Shown here: positions 11,811-25,818 of the stretch, piece after piece
Numbering within the stretch: position 1 is the first letter of the stretch
How the letters are laid out: each line of letters begins with the position of its first letter
Assembly (NCBI GenBank): GCA_964016885.1
Contig: OZ024760.1
Span: forward strand, 6,138,001 to 6,202,000
DNA: 64,000 bases
Direction: 5' to 3'
DNA from: Eledone cirrhosa
Lineage: Eukaryota
Notes under the pieces: generated by a model
What the model was told of the DNA's origin: nothing
Database searches by the model: none
What the model saw: the letters and a program-made list of their open reading frames with translations, nothing else
Program-made: the position numbers and the translations under genes

Positions 11811-13545
11811 ATTATTTGAAGAAATAATAAAATGGAAGACTTGAGATTAAATTCTTTCTATCACAAGGAATTTATACCCCCTCTTTAACCCCCCCTTCTC
11901 ACAAAAACTGCCTTACATGCTCATTAATATTTCATTTGATCAAATAATTTTATTTTTATTTATGACACATGTAACTTCCACCCTTGCCAGCCCTCACTCA
12001 CTTTTATACATTCACTGGAGTGTGAAAATAGAAATTTAAATTTGAAAAAAAAAAAAAATGTATATATAATATATATAATATATATATATATGTTTGTATA
12101 TGTATATGTATGTATATATGTATATATATATGTATGTATATGTATGTGTGTGTGTGTGTATATATATATATAATATATATATATATGTTTGTGTATGTAT
12201 ATGTATGTATATATGTATGTATATATGTATGTGTGTGTATATATATATATATATAAAATGATATAATATAATATACATATAATTAAATATATGTGTGTGT
12301 ATATATATATATATATTTATTTATATATATATTAATGTATATAATTAAATTCATATGTATATACACACAATAAAATATATATGTATGAATATATATGTGT
12401 GGGTGTGTGTGTGGGGGGGGTGTATAGTATATTCAATATAAAAAAATATACTAAGTTATGTCTAAGAATGTCCCTCCACCTCTCCTTCACCCCCCCCTCA
12501 TCTACTACCCCCACCCCCACCCCCCACACACACACACTTCACCTTACACTGCAGTACAACAGGTTCGAAGAATCAAATTGTGCTAAAAATTTTAAGATTG
12601 GAATTTGAGAATGGATTTTTATTGGGAAGGGGACAGCATTGATGTGGTGGGGGAAGGGCGGAGGGGGACCCCATTGATGTGGTGGGGACAGGGTGGAGGG
12701 AATTAAAAAGTTTTTTTTGGGATCATTTTGTGGGTGTGGTAGTAGTGGTGGTGGTGGTGGTGAAGTTTGTGGCGGAGGAGATGGAGATGTGTGTTGATAA
12801 ATATTTTCTGAGGATGAATTTTATAGTGATAATGGTGGGGGTGATGGGGGGGGGGAGAAGGGATGGGGGAAGGAGCCTCAAAAATATGTTTGGATTGTTG
12901 TTGGTAGTGGTGGTGATGAAGGAGGGGAGCCTCAAAAAAATGTTTTTTTAATGTTTCTATGATGGTGGTAGTGGTGATAGTAGTAGTGGTGGTGGTGATA
13001 GTAGTAGTGGTGGTAGTGGTGATAGTACTGGTGCTGGTGGTGGTGATAGTAGTAGTAGTGGTGGTGGTGGTGGTGATAGTAGTAGTGGTGGTGGTAGTGA
13101 TAGTACTAGTGGTGGTGGTGGTGATAGTAGTGGTGGTGGTGGTGGTGGTGGTGATAGAAACAAGAAGGGAAGGGTTTCAAAAATATTTTAGGACTGATGG
13201 TGGTGGTCGTGGTTGGGGTGGGACAATAGAAAGGTGATGAGGGAGGGGAAGGTCAAACATTTTTTAGAGGATGCTTTTATGGTGGTGGTGGTGGTGGTGG
13301 TGGGGTGATGCTTATAGTAAGGAGAAACGAGGTAGGGGGGTGTCAAAACTATTTTTGGATTGGTGGTGGAGGTGGTGAGGTGGTAATTGAAAGGAGGTGA
13401 TGGTGGCAGTGATAGGGCTCTCTACCCCCCCCCCCCCCCACCCACACACTTTATTTTATTTTTTTCTAAGTTTCAAATTTTATAAAACAGTAGGAAGTAT
13501 CGTGTGAAAAGACAAAGTTTGTTGTCATGGCAATAGCAATATAAT

Positions 13546-13730
13546 TGTTTCTACTATTGGCACAAGGCCAGAAATTACCCAGTACATTACTGGTACTTTA
13601 TTTTATCGACCCCGTAAGGATGAAAGGCAAAGTCAACCTCGGCGGGATTTGAACTCAGATCGTAAAGGGACGTAACTATGCTGGAAAGCATGGCGTACGA
13701 CCCTCTACCGATACTGCCAATCCACCGCCC
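13546..13730 (-). mobile_element. SINE family A, full length
   Basis: 18-bp TSD tggcaatagcaatataat (13528-13545 / 13731-13748); A and B boxes on the minus strand. Confidence 0.92.
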
Positions 13731-14189
13731 TGGCAATAGCAATATAATGTGTAAATATTATATCTGAAAAAATAAATTATTTAAAAATAAAAAAAAATAA
13801 AATATAATGTGCAATATAATGTAATGTGCAATATAATGTGCAATATAATGTGTAAATATTATATCTGAAAAAATAAATTATTTAAAAATAAAAAAAAATA
13901 AAATAAAATAAATTATTATTTTGCACAAACTAATAATTTATATAAAAATAAAAATAAAAATAAAAATAAAAATAATAATAAAAAAATAAAATGTAAAGCA
14001 AACAAATAAATTAAACATATTTTCTCAAAATATTGATGTTTTTTTTTTTCCTTTTTTTTTTTTTTTTTGGTGGGAGCAGATGGTGATGTAGGGGAAGGAT
14101 TGGGAGATAAGTAGATAGAAATAAATTGCATAAATTGATTATTGGAGTTCAAAATGAACATAAATAGGTTCTATTATTTAATAGGAGTA

Positions 14190-14374
14190 GGGCGGGGAAT
14201 TGGCAGTATCGGTAGAGGGTTGAACGCCATGCTTCCTAGCATAGTTACGGCCCTTTACAGTCTGAGGTCAAATCCCGCCGAGGTTAACTTTGCCTTTCAT
14301 CCTTACGGGGTCGATAAAATAAAGTACCAGTAATGTACTGGGTGATTGCTGGCCTTGTGCCTAAAGTGGAAACA
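14190..14374 (+). mobile_element. SINE family A, full length
   Basis: 17-bp TSD attatttaataggagta (14173-14189 / 14375-14391). Confidence 0.92.
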
Positions 14375-14610
14375 ATTATTTAATAGGAGTATCTGTCTAT
14401 CTTTCTATCTGTCTATCTATCTTTCTATCTGTCTATCTGTCTATCTGTCTATCTGTCTATCTCTTGGTTTGTCTATCTGTCTATCATCATCATCATCATC
14501 ATCTTTTTATGTCCATTTCTCCATGCTAGCATGGGTTAGACAATTTGTCCCGTTGTGGGCAATGCCAGGTCAGATGACCATGTCTATGTGATAGTATTTT
14601 ACACGTTTTT

Positions 14611-14795
14611 GGGCGGTGGATTGGCAGTACCGGTAGAGGGTCGGACGCCATGCTTTCAAGCATAGTTACGTCCCTTTACGATCTGAGTTCAAATCCCGCC
14701 GAGGTTGACTTTGCCTTTCATCCTTACGGGGTCGATAAAATAAAGTACCAGTAATGTACTGGGTAATTGCTGGCCTTGTGCCTAAAGTAGAAACA
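14611..14795 (+). mobile_element. SINE family A, full length
   Basis: 18-bp TSD agtattttacacgttttt (14593-14610 / 14796-14813); A box tggcagtaccgg, B box gagttcaaatcc. Confidence 0.93.
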
Positions 14796-14891
14796 AGTAT
14801 TTTACACGTTTTTATTGTATGTAAACTTCCCCCTTTGTATTGTCCCCTTCTTTTGTGCCCCTGTGGCTAATAAAGAAACATATCTATTTAT

Positions 14892-15003
<112 letters not shown>

Positions 15004-15525
15004 TCACACATGCACACACATATATGTTCACACACACACACATATATATATGTATATACATGTGTGTTGTTGTTGTTGTTGCTTTTGTGTTGTGATGGCA
15101 GCAGCAGTAGTAGCAGCAGCAGTTGATGTTGTTGTTACTATTGTTGTTGTCATACTTCCTGATCTGACACCAACAATCTTACACCAACATCTTACACATG
15201 GAATTCTTGTAAAGGTGATTAAGTGAGTCTGTCATAGATTGAAGAAGATGGAGAAGAAGAAGAACATTCACCCACCCCCAACCCCACTCCTCCCCCCAAA
15301 AAATCAACAACAAAAAACAACAAAACAAAACAAACAAACTAAAAATAAAAACAACTAATAAAAGCACCAAAACCAATGGAACTAAAACAAAATAAATAAT
15401 AAATGTAAATATATGGAGATTTAGAGACTGAAATATTGAAAGAAACAAACATAGCCACAAATATAACAAACATAGTTCTAATCCATATCTATATGTGTTT
15501 ATTGAAGATGTTAACACATATGTCT

Positions 15526-16102
15526 CATCATCATCATCATCATCATCGGGTTTAGCGTCCGTGTTCCACGCTTGCATGGGTTTGGACGGGGGTTTTCCTA
15601 CTTGAGGCAAGAGTGGTTGTCTTGCTCGCATAGGACTGTCTGGCGGGTTTTCTATGGCTGGATGCCCTTCCTAACACCAACCACATTTACAGTGTGGGGC
15701 TGGGAGGTTTTTACCGTGTTGCCTACACGGCCACATTACAGCGTGGACTGTCTGGCGGGTTTTCTACAGCTGGATGCCCTTCCTAACACCAACCACATTT
15801 ACAGTGTGGGGCTGGGAGGTTTTTACCGTGTTGCCTACACGGCCACATTTACAGCGTGGACTGTGTGTTTTTTTGTCGTGACACCTACACGATCTCATTT
15901 GTTTCGGCCTGGATGTTGTGGGACCAACATAACTTTACATTGAAAGGGGCGGTGTGGATGGGGTGGAGGTGGTGGGACGGGGGTGTGTTTTGATAGAGAT
16001 GCCTACTGACTGTAGTAGGTTTTTACTTTGTATTACTGAGTACCGCCAAAGGTCTCGGTCCAGTGACATTGTCTTGGAGAGGTGTAAGCGTGTGAGGTCG
16101 AT
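15526..16102 (-). mobile_element. RTE family B, 5'-truncated, with a 112-bp duplication in the 3' UTR
   Basis: Encodes DLTRLHLSKTMSLDRDLWRYSVIQ, as at 48575-48650; duplicated units start at 15633 and 15745. Confidence 0.88.
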
Positions 16103-16139
16103 ATTTATATATATATGGTATATGTATATCTTTCTCTTA

Positions 16140-16305
16140 ATTTTGAGTACATTTTTGACTGGCCATCTTCCTGGTGGCAAGGTTGTAAAAGAGAAGAAAT
16201 TGTCATCCCTTGAATTGCAAGAATCTTTTGCAAATTTTGAAGGTGCCAGCTATGGCAGCCATTTTTAGTCTATGAATTTGGGAGCTGCACTCTTTGTCCA
16301 CAAAT
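16140..16305 (-). mobile_element. Possible 3' end of an RLE-type (R4/NeSL-like) non-LTR element
   Basis: Minus frame [34 protein letters not shown] resembles the QKAAILGTAKI..RFL C-terminal motif; recognised by eye only. Confidence 0.3.
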
Positions 16306-16493
16306 CCAAGTTACAAGTTAAATCCGGTTACATTACATTTTGCATCAATGTTTGCATCTCTACAACAGAGCACATATATATATGTGTTTGTCTGTGTGTG
16401 TATATGTATATATATATGTGTATATATATATATATGTGTATATATGTATATATATGTATATATATATATATAGCGATATATACATATATATAC

Positions 16494-16582
<89 letters not shown>

Positions 16583-16735
16583 CATATATATACATATATA
16601 CATATATATATACATATATATATATACACATATATATATATATATATACATATACACACATATATATGTGCTCTGTTGTAGAGATGTAAACATTGATGCA
16701 AAATGTAATGTAACCGGATTTAACTTGTAACTTGG
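16306..16735. repeat. About 75-bp near-perfect inverted repeat enclosing a TA microsatellite
   Basis: ccaagttacaagttaaatccggttacattacattttgcatcaatgtttgcatctctacaacagagcac and its reverse complement at 16668-16735, one mismatch. Confidence 0.9.
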
Positions 16736-16847
16736 TTTAGGTTAGTTTTCACTTCAGTATATTTTATATTTCTATAATTAATTCAGCTCGCAATCAGTGT
16801 TTATCATTGATTGACCAACAGTTAAAAATATATATATATGAATATAG

Positions 16848-16892
16848 TCTCTTAGAGTTCTTTCGTCACACACCTGTGGCATCATCAGTGAT
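16848..16892 (-). ncRNA. Hammerhead-ribozyme-like motif (type I, degenerate)
   Basis: Minus strand: CTGATGA-T-GCCACA-ggtg-TGTGAC-GAA-AGAacTCT-A; stem I is weak. Confidence 0.45.
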
Positions 16893-16997
16893 ATTATGTT
16901 TCCTCCCAAATATAACAATATTTGTTTCAACAGAGAATTTCATATAAAAAAACCTGGCGAAACAAATATATATTTATATATAAAAAAAATTAATATT

Positions 16998-17342
16998 GAA
17001 ATAGCTTGTACAGGACTTGAACTGTTTCATTTGAAGAAAATCGTCAGGCGGGGGCTTTCCTGTTGATTTCCTTCGAATGAAACAGTTCTAGCCCTGTAGA
17101 AGCTATTTCTATAATAAATTTGTTGTATACACTCTACTAATGTATTGAGTACCTTACTTACTATTGTTACTGCTGATTGAACCCAGGACTTAGGAAATGT
17201 GGTAAGGAACCAGATGGACCATAACGCACCAAAGTACTCAATACTTAGGGTAGTAGAGTGGGTAATAGGAACGAGTAGGACCCCGACGAATTAGCCGTCG
17301 AAACGGCTTGAGCTCAGCCATCGGGGTCCTACTCGTTCCTAT
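16998..17342. mobile_element. Inverted Penelope-like terminal-repeat fragments with hammerhead-like motifs
   Basis: Hairpin 16998-17109 whose arms each carry CTG(A/T)(C/T)GA...GAAACAG..CTGTA; second hairpin 17265-17342; the tail recurs at 42398-42500. Confidence 0.5.
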
Positions 17343-18065
17343 ATATATTTATTTATTTATATATATATATACACACACATACATACATACACACATGCAC
17401 ATGTGTCTGTATGCACATACTCACTCACAAGTGTGCACACTCACATATTTGTGTGCATGCACATGCACTCACACATGTGTACACACACACACACACACAC
17501 ACATTGATACATTTAACCAGAGACTTACATACACATCTAATCACACACATACACACACATCTAACACACATACACTCACATCTAACCACACACACACAAT
17601 CAAACCACACACATATATACACATCTAACCACACACACACATACACACACACATACACACACACCTAACTACACACACATCTAACCAGACACATACACAC
17701 ACCTAACTACAGACATACACACATCTAAACACACACACACGCACACACATCAAACCACACACACATCAAACCACACCCACACACATCTAACCACACACAT
17801 ACACACATCTAACCACACACGCACACACATCTCACCACACACACGCACACACATCAAACCACACACATATATACACATCTAACCACACATACACACACAC
17901 ATCTAACCACGCACACATCAAACCACACACACACACGCACACACGTCAAACCACACACATATATATACACATCTAACCACACACACACACATCTAACCAC
18001 ACACACACACATCTAACCACACACACACACACACATCTAACCACACACACACATACACATCAAAC

Positions 18066-18098
<33 letters not shown>

Positions 18099-18364
18099 AC
18101 AACAAACCACACACACAACGAAAATGATATTATAATTATAGAACCAATTTAAATTAGTAATTAGCAAAAATGAAGCCTGAAAATTTGCATAAAATTATTC
18201 TGCAAGCTGTAAGTTTTCTGCCTGACTCAAAGGATCTTATTTGCTAATTAATTTGGGGTTTGTTAACGAGTTTAAACCCTGTTACGGTTGTATGGGACAA
18301 CGTTTCATAAGGGGAATCAGAATTAATATGGACATGAGAATTTATCATGGTGGATGTAAACTGG

Positions 18365-19614
18365 TAATCATCATCATCATTATCATCAACATCATCATCA
18401 TCATCATCATCACCATCATCATCATCACTGTCATCATCACTGTCACCATCATCACCATCACCATCAACACCAACACCACCACCAACGACACCACCACCAC
18501 CGACAACAACAACAACACCACCAACAACAACAACACCAACAACAACACCAACACCACCACCACCAACACAAGACCACCAACAACACCACCAACACCACCA
18601 CCAACAACAACACCACCAACAACAACAACACCAACAACACCACCAACACAAGACCACCAACAACACCACCAACACCACCACCAACAACAACACCACCAAC
18701 AACAACAACACCAACAACACCACCAACACAAGACCACCAACAACACCACCAACACCACCACCAACAACAACACCACCAACAACAACAACACCAACAACAC
18801 CACCAACACAAGACCACCAACAACACCACCAACAACACCACCAACAACAACACCACCAACAACAACAACACCAACAACACCACCAACACAAGACCACCAA
18901 CAACACCACCAACAACACCACCAACACCACCACCAACAACAACACCACCAACAACAACAACACCAACAACACCACCAACACCACCACCAACAACACCACC
19001 ACCAACAACAACACCACCAACAACAACAACACCAACAACACCACCAACACAAGACCACCAACAACACCACCAACACCACCACCGACAACAACACCAACAC
19101 CACCAACAACAACAACACCAACAACACCACCAACACCACCACCAACAACACCACCACCAACAACAACACCACCAACAACAACAACACCAACAACACCACC
19201 AACACAAGACCACCAACAACACCACCAACACCACCAACACCACCAACAACAACAACACCAACAACACCACCAACACCACCACCAACAACACCACCACCAA
19301 CAACAACACCACCAACAACAACAACACCAACAACACCACCAACACCACCACCAACAACAACACCACCAACAACAACACCACCAACAACAACAACACCAAC
19401 AACACCACCAACACAAGACCACCAACACCACCACCACCAACACCACCACCAACAACACCACCAACACCACCACCACCAACACCACCACCAACAACACCAA
19501 CACCACGACCAGCAACAAACACCAACACCACCACCAGCAACAAACACCAACACCACCACCAGCAACAAACACCAACACCAACAACACCAACACAACACCA
19601 CCACCAACAACACC

Positions 19615-19645
<31 letters not shown>

Positions 19646-19806
19646 CCACCAACAACACCAACAACATCACCAACACCACCACCACCAACAACACCAACAC
19701 CACCACCACCAACAACACCACCAACAACACCACCACCAACAACAACACCACCACCAACAACACCACCACCAACACCACCACCACCAACACCAGCAACAAC
19801 AACAAC
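18365..19806. repeat. CAA/CAC trinucleotide-derived low-complexity array
   Basis: Mixed caa/cac units with a recurring acacaagaccacc marker. Confidence 0.9.
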
Positions 19807-21590
19807 TGCAGCTGAATAACCAACGAAATAGTTTGAGGGGAAAATTACCAGCTTTACAATTAATCATAGATAAAACTTATTTTCTCATTAATAAACTCAC
19901 AATTGTGGAGTTAAGCAATTTTAAAAGGTCGGAAATATAAGAAAATATACAGAAACACAAGAGATTTTCCTTTTGTTTTCATATTTTGAAATTTGTATTG
20001 TGTGTGTAGGTGGGGTGAGGTGGGGGGTGTATGGGTGGATGGGGGTGGGGTGGGTATTTAAGTGGGGGGTGTATGTATGTTTGTATGTGTGTACGTATGT
20101 ATGTGTATGTATATATATATATATATGTATGTACGAATGGATATATGTATATGCGTGTGCATGCTTGCATGTGCCTATGTACATATGTATATATGTATGT
20201 GTGTGTGTGTATATGTGTACATATGTATGTGTGTGTGTGTATGTATACATATATGTATGTACGAATGGATATATGTATATGCGTGTACATGCTTGCATGT
20301 ATATATGATTGTATGTGTATGTATATATATATATATGTATGTACGAATGGATATATGTATATGCGTATACATGCTTGCATGTGCCTATATACATATGTAT
20401 ATATGTATGTATGTATATATGTATGTGTGTATATGTGTACATATGTATGTGTGTATGTATGTGTATGTATACATATATGTATGTACGAATGGATACATGT
20501 ATATGCGTATATATGCTTGCATATATATATGATTGTATGTGTATGTATATATATATATATATATGTATGTACGAATGGATATATGTATATGCGTATACAT
20601 GCTTGCATGTATATATGAATGTATGTGCCTATGTACATATGTATATATGTATGTGTGTATGTATGTGTGTGTATATATATGTACATATTTATATATGTAT
20701 GTGTGTGTGTGTATATGTGTACATATGTATGTGTGTATATGTGTACATATGTATGTGTGTGTGTATGTGTATGTATATATATATGTATGTACGAATGGAT
20801 ATATGTATATGCGTGTACATGCTTGCATGTATATATGATTGTATGTGCCTATGTACATATGTATATATGTATGTGTGCATGTATGTGTGTGTATATGTGT
20901 ACATATGTATGTGTGTATATGTGTACATATGTATGTGTGTGTGTATGTGTATGTATACATATATGTATGTACGAATGGATATATGTATATGCGTATACAT
21001 GCTTGCATGTGCCTATGTACATATGTATATATGTATGTGTGTGTATATGTGTACATATGTATGTGTGTATATGTGTACATATGTATGTGTGTATGTATAT
21101 GTATGTATACATATATGTATGTACAAATGGATATATGTATATGCGTGTACATGCTTGCATGTATATATGAATGTATGTGCCTATGTACATATGTATATAT
21201 GTATGTGTGTATGTATGTGTGTATATGTGTACATATGTATGTGTGTATGTATATATATATGTATGTACGAATGGATATATGTATATGCGTATACATGCTT
21301 GCATGTATATATGAATGTATGTGCCTATGTACATATGTATATATGTGTGTGTGTATGTATGTGTGTGTGTATATATGTACATATTTATGTGTATGTATGT
21401 ACGCATGGGTATATGCGTATATATGTTTTCATGTATGTATGTATGTGTGTATATATGTGTGTACATATGTGTGTATGTATATGTATACATGGGCATATGT
21501 ATATGTGTGTATATGTTTGCATGTATATATGTATATGCGTATGTACATATGTATATATGTACATGTATGTGTGTATGTATGTTGTGTGTA

Positions 21591-21633
<43 letters not shown>

Positions 21634-22089
21634 GCATGGGTATATGTGTTTATATGTTTGTATGTATATATGTATGTATATACGTATGTATATATGAATA
21701 TGTATGTGTATGTATGTTTGTGTGTATATGTGTATGTATGTTTGTGTGTATATGTGTACATATGTATGTTTGTATGTGTATATATTTATATGTACACGTG
21801 TGTATATGTATATATATGTTTGCATGTATATATGTATGTACATATGTATATGTATATATATGTATGTATGAACATATATGTATGTATGCATATGCATATG
21901 TATTTATGTATGAATATATATATATAAGAATATATGTATTCATGAATATATAGATGTATATATGTATGCATGTGTATGTATGGATAAATATATATATGTA
22001 TATATGTATGCATGTGTATGTATGTAAGGATAAATATATATATATGTATATATGTATGCATGTGTATGTATGTATGTAAGGATAAATAT

Positions 22090-22730
22090 CTATCTATCTA
22101 TCTAAGGCGGGTAAAATTCCCGAGATCCATGGATGAGTTCTCTCCAGCGGTCTCTGTCCCTCATTATCGCTGCCATGTCCTGCGTCTCCAACAGGCCCGT
22201 GTCTGTCCTTAGGGCATCAACATACGTTAACCTTGGTCTTCCTCTTCTAGTGTGTCCTTGTAGGGGCTCCCAAAGGAGCACTGACTGCAATGTCAACTCT
22301 GGATGTCGGTGAGCATGTCCAACTAACCTCAGTCTCCTCTGTGTCACTTTTGAGCTGACTTTTGGGATGCTCCCATACAGCTCTGAGTTTTTCATCCTCA
22401 GTGTATACTGATTAATGTTCAGAGCCATCCTCAGCATTCTCGTGTAGCACCCATCCACCATCTGAGTGAGTTTCTTGGTCAGTGTCCAAGTCTCAGACCC
22501 ATACAGCAGCACAGACTCCACTACAGAATGTTGAGAAGCCAGAGGGGATCACTAATGTAGGCGGGAAGCCGCTAGAATTGGTTGAGGGCTTCCTGTATTT
22601 GGGAGCAAAGATTGGGAATACGGAAGATGATGTGGTTGAGAGGAAGAGCAAGGCCTGGGCTGTGTGCCACAGCTTGAGATCGGTGTGGAAGTCGGACCTT
22701 CGTAGAGACCTGAAAATCCGCCTCTTCAAG
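22090..22730 (-). mobile_element. RTE/RTEX-like LINE, 5'-truncated with a 5' inversion
   Basis: Minus part 22527->22102 (SVVESVLLYGSETW...GRPRLTY...) with a (taga)n tail; plus part 22528-22730 (...FLYLG...KSDLRRDLKIRLFK); TSD aaggataaatat (22078-22089 / 22728-22739). Confidence 0.9.
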
Positions 22731-22944
22731 GATAAATATATATATGTATATATGTATGCATGTGTATGTATGTATGTATGTATGTATGAACATTGGATAC
22801 AATACTTTGCGGTTCCTTCAAGCCCTCTGCTCTCTAAGTTCAAACCCCATTGAGGTCAACTTTTAATTTTATCCTTTCAGAATTGATACAATAGTACCAG
22901 TTATGTACTCGGGTTAACTCTCCCTCTATACCTTCTCTCTATCA

Positions 22945-24915
22945 CATGTGGTTTGTTAAATCAAATGTTTATAGTATCTTTACTAGTGGACAGATAGTTG
23001 TTAACATTTGCAGTATTAAAATAAAGACCTTAATATTTAACCTTTTAACATTTAAGCCAGCCGTATCCGGCCAGAATTCTCTCACCTCTCTCTGTTCAAA
23101 CCGGCTGTAACTGGCCACTCATACTAATGTTAAGGTATTGTTCTCAAAATAAATAATATCAAAATCTCATAGATTTGATATTATGTGAGATAAAGTGTTT
23201 ACCATGAAAATATAATAGTAAATATAGAATAATTGTTTCTACTTTTGGCGCAAGGCCAGCAATTACCCAGTGTATTACTGCTACTTTATTTTATTGACCC
23301 CGAAAGGATGAAAGGCAAAGTTAACCTCGGCGGGATTTGAACTCAAATCATAAAGGGAGGTAACTCTATGCTGCAAAGCATGGCGTCCGACCCTCTATAG
23401 AATAACGTAAATGTGATGGGTTAATGTGATGCAGTCATATTGTTGTTTTATACTTTTCAAGAATGTCTTGTTAATGTGGTTTTATGTGGTTTGTTAATTC
23501 AAATGTTTATAGTATCTTTACTAGTGGACAGATACTTGTGAACATTTCCAGTATTACAGTAAAGACTTTAATATTTAATGTGATGTAGTCATAGTGATGT
23601 TTTGTACTTTTCTAGAATGTCTTTCTAATGCTGTTTGTTAATTCAAATGTTTATAGTATCTTTACTAGGGGACAGCTACTTGTGAACATTTCCAGTATTA
23701 CAGTAAAGACTTTAATATTTAATGTGATGTAGTCATAGTGATGTTTTGTACTTTTCTAGAATGTCTTTCTAATAATGTTTGTTACTTCAAATGTTTATAG
23801 TATCTTTACTAGAGGACAGATACTTGTGAACATTTCGAGTATTACAGTAAAGACTTTAATTTTTAATGTGATGGAGTCATAGTGTTGTTTTGTACTTTTC
23901 TAGAATGTCTTTCTAATAATGTTTGTTAATTCAAATGTTTATAGTATCTTTACTAGAGGACAGATACTTGTGAACATTTCCAGTATTACAGTAAAGACTT
24001 TAATTTTTAATGTGATGGAGTCATAGTGTTGTTTTGTACTTTTCTAGAATGTCTTTCTAATAATGTTTGTTAATTCAAATGTTTATAGTATCTTTACTAG
24101 AGGACAGATACTTGTGAACATTTCGAGTATTACAGTAAAGACTTTAATTTTTAATGTGATGGAGTCATAGTGTTGTTTTGTACTTTTCTAGAATGTCTTT
24201 CTAATAATGTTTGTTAATTCAAATGTTTATAGTATCTTTACTAGAGGACAGATACTTGTGAACATTTCCAGTATTACAGTAAAGACTTTAATATTTAATG
24301 TGATGGAGTCATAGTGTTGTTTTGTACTTTTCTAGAATGTCTTTCTAATAATGTTTGTTAATTCAAATGTTTATAGTATCTTTACTAGAGGACAGATACT
24401 TGTGAACATTTCCAGTATTACAGTAAAGACTTTAATATTTAATGTGATGGAGTCATAGTGTTGTTTTGTACTTTTCTAGAATGTCTTTCTAATAATGTTT
24501 GTTAATTCAAATGTTTATAGTATCTTTACTAGAGGACAGATACTTGTGAACATTTCCAGTATTACAGTAAAGACTTTAATATTTAATGTGATGGAGTCAT
24601 AGTGTTGTTTTGTACTTTTCTAGAATGTCTTTCTAATAATGTTTGTTAATTCAAATGTTTATAGTATCTTTACTAGAGGACAGATACTTGTGAACATTTC
24701 CAGTATTACAGTAAAGACTTTAATATTTAATGTGATGGAGTCATAGTGTTGTTTTGTACTTTTCTAGAATGTCTTTCTAATAATGTTTGTTAATTCAAAT
24801 GTTTATAGTATCTTTACTAGAGGACAGATACTTGTGAACATTTCCAGTATTACAGTAAAGACTTTAATATTTAATGTGATGGAGTCATAGTGTTGTTTTG
24901 TACTTTTCTAGAATG
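22945..24915. repeat. 144-bp AT-rich tandem array (about 11 copies); first unit interrupted by a MITE
   Basis: Period of 144 (atagtgttgt at 24311 and 24455); 3' units are nearly identical, 5' units diverged. Confidence 0.93.
23041..23420. mobile_element. piggyBac-like TTAA-flanked MITE containing a nested SINE A (about 23233-23394)
   Basis: ttaa|cc...ggg|ttaa ends; homologous to 60259-60480; the SINE is flanked by a tatagaataa duplication. Confidence 0.7.
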
Positions 24916-25225
24916 GTCTTGAATTTATGGACCAGAGATTCATTTATTTCTTCACAGAAATACTTTGAGAAGAAGAGAAGAGATAAATGTTTTATTGTAC
25001 GCTATCTAGATTGATATTTTCCCTCCCAGAGTTCAAATCCCACTGCGAAGACAGATTTGTTCATTTTTTTTCTTTTCTGTTTTTCTTTATTCATCTGAGA
25101 TTGAGAAAATAAGTAACATTAATATATTAAGGTCAACACAATCAAATTATACTCCCTGTAGATCTATAGGTATTGGCAAACAAAAAGAAATCAATATTTT
25201 ATTTAGTAACACACTCTTAGACTGT

Positions 25226-25323
<98 letters not shown>

Positions 25324-25390
25324 GTGTGTGTGTATGTATATATATATATGTGTGTATGTATATATATATGTGTGTGTATATGTATATATA

Positions 25391-25435
<45 letters not shown>

Positions 25436-25522
25436 ATGTATATATATATGTATGTGTGTGTGTATGTATATAAATATATGTGTGTGTATGTATATATATA
25501 TGTGTGTGTATATGTATATATA

Positions 25523-25571
<49 letters not shown>

Positions 25572-25636
25572 ATGTATATATATATGTATGTGGGTGTGTA
25601 TGTATATATATATATATATATATGTGTGTGTATGTG

Positions 25637-25667
<31 letters not shown>

Positions 25668-25786
25668 GTGTGTGTGTGTGTATATATATATATGTGTGTG
25701 TATATATATATGTATATATATGTGTGTACATATATATGTGTGTATATATATATATGTGTGTATATATATATATATATGCGTGTGTG

Positions 25787-25818
<32 letters not shown>

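Noticed and set aside
18241-19823. 524-aa mucin-like T/N/P/Q/H-rich ORF
   Set aside because: CAA/CAC array open in multiple frames on both strands, with composition switching at single-base slips and no splice or domain evidence.
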